Positions 20,666-28,406 of a stretch of 64,000 bases of DNA are shown here, one piece after another. Below the pieces are notes generated by a model. That model was given only the letters and a program-made list of their open reading frames with translations, was not told where the DNA came from and made no database searches. The stretch is from a virus. Made by a program: the position numbers and the translations under genes. Positions within the stretch are counted from its first letter, which is position 1, and every line of letters starts with the position of its first letter. Location: positions 64,001-128,000 of the IMG/VR virus record IMGVR_UViG_3300032323_001387. The stretch is one strand, 5' to 3'.

Positions 20666-21385
20666 TTATCCTCCGTCGTGCATTTTGTGAACGTCGTTGG
20701 TGTTTAGTAATCCTCGTTGTTTCATAAATCCACCCAATGAGTCATTGTTATTTGGTTTTCTCGGCTGGGTATTAGATGGTGGTGGTTTATTAAACAATCC
20801 TTCTTTTTTCTTTTGCCTATCGTTATTTAAATCCGAATTTTGATTTTTTTTGGGGTCAGGTAAAGGTTTTCCTGCTTTGAATTTATTTGGTGTAGCTATA
20901 CCTGTTCTAAGATTATTAATAGGATTGCCATCTTTATCTAAATTGTATGTAGCAACATTAAGATAAGGTTTACCGGTATTAGGATCTATAGATTCCGGAT
21001 CAGCTGCTCGGCCGCCTTCGTTCTTTGGTCTTTTTCCGCCGGGCCATGCTTCAAAATGCAAATGTGCAGCATATGGCCTTCCGGAACCATCTGTACCTGA
21101 ATTACCAGTACTGCCCAGATATGTACCTGGTTCTAACTGCATGCCTGGACGTAATTGAGTAGGAGCAGTATCTAAGTGTCCATAATAATATTCAGTGCCG
21201 AATTGATCTCTAACTATAACGCCATTGCCGCCAGTTTTATTTGGAGTATCCAATACGCGAACAACTGTAACAGGGGTTGTATTATATAAAGGTGTTCCTA
21301 CTGGTGTACTAAAGTCACAGCCATCATGTGGTCTACCGCCACGGTCTGCGCCGAAATGTCCATTTGGGTGTGTTTTTGTAGACAT
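20666..21385 (-). CDS. M23 family peptidoglycan endopeptidase
   Basis: HDGCD (HxxxD), YGHL, GSTGNSG and AHLHFE (HxH) zinc ligands intact. Confidence 0.88.
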   Translation of the reverse strand: MSTKTHPNGHFGADRGGRPHDGCDFSTPVGTPLYNTTPVTVVRVLDTPNKTGGNGVIVRDQFGTEYYYGHLDTAPTQLRPGMQLEPGTYLGSTGNSGTDGSGRPYAAHLHFEAWPGGKRPKNEGGRAADPESIDPNTGKPYLNVATYNLDKDGNPINNLRTGIATPNKFKAGKPLPDPKKNQNSDLNNDRQKKKEGLFNKPPPSNTQPRKPNNNDSLGGFMKQRGLLNTNDVHKMHDGG

Positions 21386-21708
21386 TATCTAACCCCGGCC
21401 AAATTCTCCAATAAGGCAGAATCACTTGGGATAAAGACTTGCATACCAGACTTAAAATCCCAAATAGGATCTCTGATTACATCTACATTTGCCAATGCTA
21501 TTATCCACCACAGTCTACTAGTTCCAAACTGCTGGTAACTAAACAAATCTATTCTATGTTCGCATTCAGGTGGCACAATAACATAATCGCCTTTGGTAAA
21601 ATTTACAGCCGGTAAGCTCGATACATCTAAGTAAAAATTCTTAATGGATGTCTGACGAAGGAAACTTCTATCACCATACATGTCTGTTGGAATAATAGTT
21701 GATGCCAT
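21385..21708 (-). CDS. Baseplate wedge subunit, gp53/LysM-like
   Basis: HRIDLFSYQQFGTSRLWWIIALAN...DPIWDFKSGMQVFIP. Confidence 0.85.
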   Translation of the reverse strand: MASTIIPTDMYGDRSFLRQTSIKNFYLDVSSLPAVNFTKGDYVIVPPECEHRIDLFSYQQFGTSRLWWIIALANVDVIRDPIWDFKSGMQVFIPSDSALLENLAGVR

Positions 21709-22364
21709 TAAATGTATCCTTTCGAACTCAATGCACCTTTGGAAAAATCTTCTAAGTTAAATTCATTGACAGTTTTGTATATGTTTGGCTGCATTAATAA
21801 ACCTATATTAATAGTAAAAAATACAGGCAAATAAAATTCTCTAGTTCTTTGTCCAGTAATAACCATTTCAGGAACGCCGTTTTCGTTCGTTGGTACTTCT
21901 GTTGTTGGTTTTTTTACATCACGCGAGGTTTCGACTAGTTTGTCATCTGGAGAAAATACTCCTTTAACATAGTCAATGTCGTCAGGGAATGTCATTGAAA
22001 ACTTACTAATAACTACTGGTACGTTATTAAATATTGGACTACCGTATGCAAAAAATCTTAAAATTCTCGGACTTTGGCCGCGCTGAGCATCAGTTCTGCC
22101 ATAATTCATTTTGGTATAAGTGCGTAAAAATCTAATAGCATATTCACAGTGATTAAAGTGCTCTGTGGTATGAGCACTAAACTTACAGGTTAAATTGATT
22201 GTTGGGTTTTCTGTTCTAGAATATGCATACGGCTGATAATTGGTGTGCGTGAGACTGTATGCGTCATATTTGACGTCATTGCTATACTCGATCTGTGGAG
22301 TATATTGGAAACCCAATTCTTTCAAAGTTCCCACATGATTTTTTGCTCTTAAAAATACGCTCAT
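21708..22364 (-). CDS. Tail tube initiator / baseplate-tube junction protein (gp48/gp54-like)
   Basis: FQYTPQI...HTNY...PRILRFFAYG...NVPVVISKFSMTFPDDIDY; first gene of the baseplate operon. Confidence 0.7.
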   Translation of the reverse strand: MSVFLRAKNHVGTLKELGFQYTPQIEYSNDVKYDAYSLTHTNYQPYAYSRTENPTINLTCKFSAHTTEHFNHCEYAIRFLRTYTKMNYGRTDAQRGQSPRILRFFAYGSPIFNNVPVVISKFSMTFPDDIDYVKGVFSPDDKLVETSRDVKKPTTEVPTNENGVPEMVITGQRTREFYLPVFFTINIGLLMQPNIYKTVNEFNLEDFSKGALSSKGYI

Positions 22365-22369
22365 ACTAG

Positions 22370-22441
22370 TATTTAGCGTATAATAATCTATAGTTTTAAT
22401 TCCAAAAAGACTTGACTTTGTTAAAAGGAATGTGTTAAAAT
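22370..22441. promoter_or_regulatory. Divergent promoters: late TAAATA (minus, 22375-22370) and sigma70-type (plus, TTGACT 22412-22417 / TG-n-TAAAAT 22436-22441)
   Basis: Read directly in the 84 bp intergenic gap. Confidence 0.65.
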
Positions 22442-22448
22442 AAATGCT

Positions 22449-23306
22449 ATGGCAACATCACAAGCAAACCCACTAGCTAAACAGTACTTGACTAACAAGG
22501 AATTACTCAAAGAAATTCATCTTAGTAAGAACAACTACAGTAGCTATACAAAACCCGAATATGGTAATTATGATTTAATTTTAGCCGATGTGTCTAAAAT
22601 TAACATAAGAACTATAGCAGAAGCTAAACGCAACCATGCACTCAAACTAAGCCAACTTGCTTTAGCAGAAGCTCAAAAAATTAACCCAAAAGCTAAATTA
22701 GCAGAAGTTGAAATTGACTATAAAAAAGTCGCAAAAACTGACGTTGTATTTAGAATCATGACACATGATCATGTGCCATTGGAACCTGGACGCAAGAAGA
22801 CTCCAAAAAATCGTGGAGATCATCACAGCAAATGCAACTTTCCTCCCTATCAACATTTTAAATTTGAAGAAGTTGACGGAGAAGAAAAACTCGTCTGCGT
22901 TGGCAAAAGTCACTGGAAAGGTGACATGGACACTGGAGAGTTTTGCTTAGATGGCGAGATAACAAAAAAGCTTGCCAAGAGTTATATGCTACTCTGCGAA
23001 CGCTACAGTATGCGATTTAACTGGCGTGGTTATACATACGTAGATGAAATGCGTAGCCAAGCATTACTACAACTAAGTCAAATCGGTTTACAGTTTGACG
23101 AATCAAAATCACAAAATCCTTTTGCTTATTATACAGCGGCCATTGACAACAGTTTTACTCGAATCCTTAATATTGAAAAGAAAAACCAAATGATTCGAGA
23201 TGACTTGCTAATTGAATATGGTAGCAATCCTAGTTTTTCTAGGCAATTTGAACACGAAGCTAATATGCGCGACGAACGTGATCGTCTGGCAGGATTGAAA
23301 GATTAA
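22449..23306 (+). CDS. Late-transcription sigma factor, T4 gp55-like
   Basis: YLTNKELLKEI...NWRGYTYVDEMRSQALLQL...FDESKSQNPFAYYTAAIDNSFTRILNIEKK; T4-like synteny gp55-gp47-gp46. Confidence 0.85.
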   Translation: MATSQANPLAKQYLTNKELLKEIHLSKNNYSSYTKPEYGNYDLILADVSKINIRTIAEAKRNHALKLSQLALAEAQKINPKAKLAEVEIDYKKVAKTDVVFRIMTHDHVPLEPGRKKTPKNRGDHHSKCNFPPYQHFKFEEVDGEEKLVCVGKSHWKGDMDTGEFCLDGEITKKLAKSYMLLCERYSMRFNWRGYTYVDEMRSQALLQLSQIGLQFDESKSQNPFAYYTAAIDNSFTRILNIEKKNQMIRDDLLIEYGSNPSFSRQFEHEANMRDERDRLAGLKD

Positions 23307-23314
23307 GGACTTAT

Positions 23315-24334
23315 ATGACAGATATGTTTAAGAAAGCGGCTGTTTTTACTGACATCCATTTTGGTATGCGACAAAATTCAAAATCACACAATGATGATTG
23401 TATGGGTTTTGTTAAATGGTTTTGTGCTACTGCTCAAAAGGAAGGCTGCGACACTGCTATCTTTATGGGCGACTGGCATCACCATCGTGCTACAGTTAAC
23501 GTCAGTACGCTAAACTATACGGTGGATGCCATTGATTATATCAGCAAACACTTTGAACGCTTCTTCTTCATTCCTGGCAATCACGACTTGTACTATCGTG
23601 AGAAGCGCGACTTAACAAGTATTCCATTTATCAGAAATCAGAAAAACGTTGTTTTGGTTAATGATGTTTATACCGAAGGCGGCGTTAGTCTTGTGCCTTG
23701 GCTAGTAGGAGATGAATGGACTAGCATGAAACGTCTTGACAGTCGTTATGTGTTTGGCCACTTTGAACTTCCTAACTTTAAAATGAACGCTATGGTTGAA
23801 ATGCCCGACCATGGTGGACTGAGCAGCGAACACTTTCCTAATCAAGAATATGTTTTCTCCGGTCACTTCCATCTGCGTCAACGTAAAGGTAATGTGCAGT
23901 ATATTGGCAATGCTTTCCCGCATAATTACAGTGATGCATGGGATGATGATCGTGGCATGATGATTATGGAATGGGGTACTGCTCCTAGATACATTGCTTG
24001 GCCAGATGCGCCCAGTTTCAAAACTATTGATCTTACAAGATTGATTGAAGATCCTGACAAGTATATGAATAAAAATAGTTTCCTGCGTGTTACCTGCGAT
24101 GCTGATATTAGTTTTGAAGAAGCAACATTCTTAAAAGAGAATTGGATGGAAACATACAATCTTCGAGAACTAAACCTTATTCCAGCCAAGCGTGAAGAAC
24201 ATACACAAGATTGGAGTGGTGATGTACACTTTGAGTCAGTGGATCAAATTGTTGTCAGTCAACTTACAGCAATTGAAAGCGATGTAGTTGATCGCCAAAC
24301 GCTCATTGACATTTACAACGGACTTCATGTATAA
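23315..24334 (+). CDS. Recombination nuclease, gp47 / Mre11-SbcD-like
   Basis: Phosphoesterase motifs DIHFG, GDWHH, GNHD, GHF, SGHFH. Confidence 0.92.
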   Translation: MTDMFKKAAVFTDIHFGMRQNSKSHNDDCMGFVKWFCATAQKEGCDTAIFMGDWHHHRATVNVSTLNYTVDAIDYISKHFERFFFIPGNHDLYYREKRDLTSIPFIRNQKNVVLVNDVYTEGGVSLVPWLVGDEWTSMKRLDSRYVFGHFELPNFKMNAMVEMPDHGGLSSEHFPNQEYVFSGHFHLRQRKGNVQYIGNAFPHNYSDAWDDDRGMMIMEWGTAPRYIAWPDAPSFKTIDLTRLIEDPDKYMNKNSFLRVTCDADISFEEATFLKENWMETYNLRELNLIPAKREEHTQDWSGDVHFESVDQIVVSQLTAIESDVVDRQTLIDIYNGLHV

Positions 24335-24343
24335 TACACAACG

Positions 24344-26119
24344 ATGATTAAACTTAAAAATTTAACTGTAAAAAACTTTCTTTCAGTTGGTAACGTTACT
24401 CAAGGTTTGAGATTTGACCAACATGGTCTTACTCTTGTGTTGGGTAATAACTTAGACTTGGGCGGTGATGGTAGTCGTAATGGCACAGGTAAAACTACTA
24501 TCGTCAACGCATTGAGCTATGTGTTATATGGCAATGCTCTTACTAACATCCGCAAAGATAACCTCATCAACAAAACTAACACTAAAAACATGTTAGTCAC
24601 TTGCGAGATGGAAATTAACGGCCATAACTATAAAATTGAACGCGGGCGTAAACCCAACGTGTTGCGATTTATTGTAGATGATCAAGAAATTGACAAAGGC
24701 GAAACAGAAGAGCAACAAGGCGAGAATAAAGAAACCCAAGCAGAAATTGAACGTCTACTTGGGATGAGTCATGATATGTTCAAACATATTTGTGCGTTAA
24801 ATACTTACACTGAACCATTTTTGAGTCTTAAGACAAATGATCAGCGTGATATTATTGAACAACTTCTTGGCATTACGCAACTTAGTGAAAAGGCCGCTTT
24901 GCTTAAAGAGCTTATTAAGAACACTAAGGACCAATCCAAAGAAGAAGAATATAGAATTAAGGCAGTATCAGATGCAAACACTAAAATTAAAAACTCTATT
25001 GACGACTTGGAACGTCGTAGTCGTCTTTGGCAGACCAAACAAACCGACGAGCTCGAAAAGCTGGCAGCGGCCATCGACGAACTACTAAACATTGATATTA
25101 CACAAGAGTTAGAAAATCATAAAGCACTGGCATTATGGCAGGCTAATGAAAAAGAACTCAAGCGTCATAACAAAGATTTAGCCACACATCAAAGTGCAGT
25201 AAAGAGAATTACGCAACAACTCGCTGACTTGGCCAGTGCTCAGGGACATGCTTTGGAACACAAGTGTCATGCTTGTGGGCAAGATGTACACGACGACAAA
25301 CAAGCCAGTATGTTAGATGATATCAATAATGCTATTGCTACACTAACTGAAGAACTTGACAACGAATCAAAAGCACTCAAAAAAGTAGAAAAACAAATTT
25401 TGGATCTGGGTAAGTTGGGCAGTGCACCTAAAGTAAAATATTCTAACATCGACGATGCTGTCAATCATAAGAGTACTTTAGAAACAGCACAGGATCAGTT
25501 TGAACGCAGAGCATTAGATATTGATCCATATGTTGAACAGATTGAACATCTTAAAACAACTGCTTTGGAAGAAATTAATTTTGATACTATCAATGCGTTG
25601 ACTAAATTGCAAGAGCATCAAGAGTTCTTGCTTAAACTGTTGACCAGTAAAGATAGTTTTATTCGTAAGCGTATTATTGAACAGAACTTGGCTTACCTAA
25701 ATCATAGACTTGCTTATTATTTAGAAAAGCTAGCGTTACCGCATGAAGTAAAATTCCGCAGTGACTTGGAAGTAGACATTACGCAACTTGGACAAGAGTT
25801 TGATTTTGATAACTTGAGTCGAGGTGAACGTAATAGACTTATTTTGGGCTTGTCGTGGGCATTCAGAGATGTCTATGAGAGTTTGAATAGGCCAATCAAT
25901 TTGTTGTTTATCGACGAAATGATTGACAGTGGTATGGACGCCAATGGCGTTGACAACAGTTTGGGCTTGCTTAAAAAGATGGCTCGAGAAAATCGGAAGA
26001 ATATCTTCTTGATTAGCCACCGAGATGAACTGGTCGGAAGAGTAAATAACATACTACAAGTTGTTAAAGAAAACGGCTTTACAACTTTTAATACAGATAT
26101 AGAAATGGTAGAGGCATAA
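24344..26119 (+). CDS. Recombination ATPase, gp46 / Rad50-SbcC-like
   Basis: Walker A NGTGKTT, coiled coil with CHAC zinc hook, LSRGE signature, FIDE Walker B, ISH. Confidence 0.93.
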   Translation: MIKLKNLTVKNFLSVGNVTQGLRFDQHGLTLVLGNNLDLGGDGSRNGTGKTTIVNALSYVLYGNALTNIRKDNLINKTNTKNMLVTCEMEINGHNYKIERGRKPNVLRFIVDDQEIDKGETEEQQGENKETQAEIERLLGMSHDMFKHICALNTYTEPFLSLKTNDQRDIIEQLLGITQLSEKAALLKELIKNTKDQSKEEEYRIKAVSDANTKIKNSIDDLERRSRLWQTKQTDELEKLAAAIDELLNIDITQELENHKALALWQANEKELKRHNKDLATHQSAVKRITQQLADLASAQGHALEHKCHACGQDVHDDKQASMLDDINNAIATLTEELDNESKALKKVEKQILDLGKLGSAPKVKYSNIDDAVNHKSTLETAQDQFERRALDIDPYVEQIEHLKTTALEEINFDTINALTKLQEHQEFLLKLLTSKDSFIRKRIIEQNLAYLNHRLAYYLEKLALPHEVKFRSDLEVDITQLGQEFDFDNLSRGERNRLILGLSWAFRDVYESLNRPINLLFIDEMIDSGMDANGVDNSLGLLKKMARENRKNIFLISHRDELVGRVNNILQVVKENGFTTFNTDIEMVEA

Positions 26120-26120
26120 A

Positions 26121-26330
26121 ATGACAGAAGAAAACACAACACCAGTAAACACACAAGAAGAATTGGTTAAACAATTTCAAGTTTATATTGAAGAAAACGA
26201 AAAGTTTACAACTAAAAAAGTCAAAGCGGCAGCAGGTCGTGCTCGTAAGGCACTACAAGAAGTTGCTAAACTAGTTAAACAAAGACGTAAAGAGATTACG
26301 GAAGAAAAGGCAGCATTGTCAGCTAAATGA
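26121..26330 (+). CDS. Small basic protein, histone H1-like Hc1 family
   Basis: EKFTTKKVKAAAGRARKALQEVAKLVKQRRKEITEEK pattern. Confidence 0.7.
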   Translation: MTEENTTPVNTQEELVKQFQVYIEENEKFTTKKVKAAAGRARKALQEVAKLVKQRRKEITEEKAALSAK

Positions 26331-26755
26331 CATGGTTGTTCGAAGGAACTTCGGTAGAATCACTTCCTGAGGATTGTGTTGGTTTTGTTTATCTCATTAC
26401 CAATACAATCACAGGCCGCAAATACATCGGCAAAAAATTAGCAAAATTCTCTAAGACCACTTATAAAACAGTAAAACTAAAAAACGGTACTAAAAAGAAG
26501 AAAAAAATTAGAAGCAAAATCGACAGTGACTGGATGGACTATTATGGTTCTTCCGACGAACTTAACAAAGATATACTCACTCTTGGCAAAGAAAATTTCA
26601 CCCGCGAAATACTACACTACTGCAAATCTAAGGCCCATACTTCATACCTCGAAGCTAAAGAACAATTTGATAGAAAAGTTCTTGAATCAACTGACTACTA
26701 CAATGGCCATATATCCGTTAGAGTACACGGATCCCATATCATAAACAAAATTTAA
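26327..26755 (+). CDS. GIY-YIG endonuclease (142 aa) with a Lys-rich insertion
   Basis: GFVYLITN...KYIGKK, YYGSS, FTREIL, YLEAKEQ, YYN. Confidence 0.88.
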   Translation: MTWLFEGTSVESLPEDCVGFVYLITNTITGRKYIGKKLAKFSKTTYKTVKLKNGTKKKKKIRSKIDSDWMDYYGSSDELNKDILTLGKENFTREILHYCKSKAHTSYLEAKEQFDRKVLESTDYYNGHISVRVHGSHIINKI

Positions 26756-26786
26756 ATCGGCAACAGCCACAAAGACACTACTGATA

Positions 26787-27270
26787 ATGCCAGCGCCGGC
26801 AAGTTAAATAGGCGCCCGAATCCGTTCTGATGTGTGACGGTAGGAAATTCTGAGCAGTAGCAGAGACATGATTGCCACTACCCCAATGATGTTGGGACGA
26901 AGCGTTAGTCTTGAAAGACGCTGGCATGTGTATGTATAGACAAAAAGAGTGGGCACTGTTGAGTCATTACAACCCACAAGAATTAAGCTGTTTATCTATT
27001 GGCTACTTAATTCTGCGTTATATTTGAAGAGCTACATAAAAAGGTACAGCGTAACCGCCTTTACTAGTAATAGTTGTAGTGATAGATTACGATAATGGGC
27101 CTCTGGCATGTTATTTTTACTTTTGCCCTTAACAGGGCGAAGTACGACTGCAAAACCTTGGCATATATTATCTTATATAGTATCGTTGAATATGTTAGAA
27201 AAGAATTTTAAGAATTGTGTTTTGTTAGCGTAAGCGTATAAAACATAATTCTTGTTGTTCTATGAACAAC
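26787..27270 (+). ncRNA. Candidate large structured non-coding RNA (unassigned class)
   Basis: ORF-free 515 bp gap in an otherwise gene-dense genome. About ten stems found by eye, with GTAA/TAAC tetraloops and G-U pairs that work only on the + strand. See findings. Confidence 0.6.
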
Positions 27271-27504
27271 TTAAAATCTTTCTTGAGTTAATGTTTGTGT
27301 TGGCTTAATGCCTTTATCTATACTAATTTTCTCTTTTAGTACTTTAAGGAATATTCTCTTCTCTTCATGGGTTAAATTCCATACTTGTTCATAACTCTGT
27401 CCTGAGTATATGGCCAATGTTGCAACATCTTCTATAAGGGCTTTTGACTCTTTGTCTAAGTTGTTTAATAACTTAAGAACTTCAGGGCCTGACTTTGCTG
27501 TCAA
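27271..27504 (-). CDS. Baseplate/tail assembly chaperone C-terminal extension (gp51-like), probably expressed by -1 frameshift from the upstream gene
   Basis: Only a TTG start with no RBS; lies in the -1 frame of the upstream gene right after a T TTT TTC heptamer. Confidence 0.7.
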   Translation of the reverse strand: MTAKSGPEVLKLLNNLDKESKALIEDVATLAIYSGQSYEQVWNLTHEEKRIFLKVLKEKISIDKGIKPTQTLTQERF

Positions 27505-27509
27505 AAGCC

Positions 27510-28346
27510 TTATGCGAAAAAAGTTGTTGGGTTTAAATCTATATTGGATTCGTAGTCAGTGCTACAGCCTTGGCAGTTGACATTAAAATTCTTTTTCATG
27601 CCTTTTTGTGCCAATGACATGATGCCGTTTTCAATCTTCTTGAATTCAGGCCGGCTTATTTGTTCTACCCATTCTTTAATGTTTGCGCTATCAGTTACAG
27701 TGACACCATCAGGTAACAACACTGTATCGATACAAGCACTTATAATCAATAAATTTTGATTAGTTAATGTATGATAGCTCTTTTGCAGTATGTTAACTTT
27801 TTCTTTTTCATCCATATTGCCTTGTTCAGCAAGTTGAATGTTTCTAACTTCTTCGTACTGCACCCAATTTAAGTTTAATAGTTGTTTTACGTTAACTGGT
27901 TTAATAAAAACTTTGATACCATCGTCTAATACAATTGGTTCAATCTTATCTACAGTAGTGATGCTGGATATAAAATGATTTAAATTTAACACAGATTCGT
28001 TTTTGGTATTGCAGCTAGGACACTGTGTTTCGATATCCAAGTCTTCGCCGTATGTACAACGTCTAATGGCCAGCAACACAGCATCTAAGTCAATAGCAGG
28101 CATTGTATCTACGCTAGTAATACTGGGTGCACAGCTATTAAGTAATTGTGTGATAGCAGTTCCGTTTAACAGTGCATCAGCGTTTTTCATCAATAGTTCG
28201 TCTTTGGCTGTCATTGGGTATACAGCAATTTCGCCCATGTCATTGAAGTCAGCAGGTTTAGTGTCATAGTATTGACCTTGACTGGGTAGCTTAATCCATA
28301 TTCCTGGTTTTCTGAAATATTGTTTTAGTGGATTGTTTTCTGACAT
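27510..28346 (-). CDS. Baseplate hub assembly chaperone, T4 gp26-like
   Basis: NPLKQYFRKPGIWIKLPSQG...VYPMTAKDEL...DLDAVLLAIR...CPSC...CQGC...NPTTFF; start moved to ATG 28346 (GGAG RBS). Confidence 0.8.
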   Translation of the reverse strand: MSENNPLKQYFRKPGIWIKLPSQGQYYDTKPADFNDMGEIAVYPMTAKDELLMKNADALLNGTAITQLLNSCAPSITSVDTMPAIDLDAVLLAIRRCTYGEDLDIETQCPSCNTKNESVLNLNHFISSITTVDKIEPIVLDDGIKVFIKPVNVKQLLNLNWVQYEEVRNIQLAEQGNMDEKEKVNILQKSYHTLTNQNLLIISACIDTVLLPDGVTVTDSANIKEWVEQISRPEFKKIENGIMSLAQKGMKKNFNVNCQGCSTDYESNIDLNPTTFFA

Positions 28347-28358
28347 GGTTTTACTCCG

Positions 28359-28389
28359 ATAAATAAACTTAGTATAAATGTATTTATAC
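28359..28389. promoter_or_regulatory. Overlapping late promoters for the divergent chaperone and tape-measure genes
   Basis: ATAAATA (+, 28359-28365) and TATAAATA (-, 28388-28381); the latter lies in the inverted repeat GTATAAAT-GT-ATTTATAC. Confidence 0.65.
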
Positions 28390-28406
28390 CATAAAAACAT
28401 ACTTTA

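Noticed and set aside
20660-20670. Stop read-through fusing M23 peptidase to the hub (same frame, TAA CAT ATG)
   Set aside because: TAA is a strong stop and a GGAGGA RBS precedes the hub ATG; independent translation suffices.
26845-26915. Group I intron-like words (AATTCTGAGC, GCAGAGAC, TAGTC) next to a GIY-YIG gene
   Set aside because: Elements are too close together, P7 pairing is incomplete, and no interrupted host gene flanks the region.
26841-27165. RNase P RNA-like phrases in the non-coding gap (AGGAAATTCTGAG, ACAGCGTAACCGCC, CAAAACCTTGGCAT)
   Set aside because: The P4 helix does not form properly and the spacing of conserved regions does not fit. Not called; cmscan would settle it.
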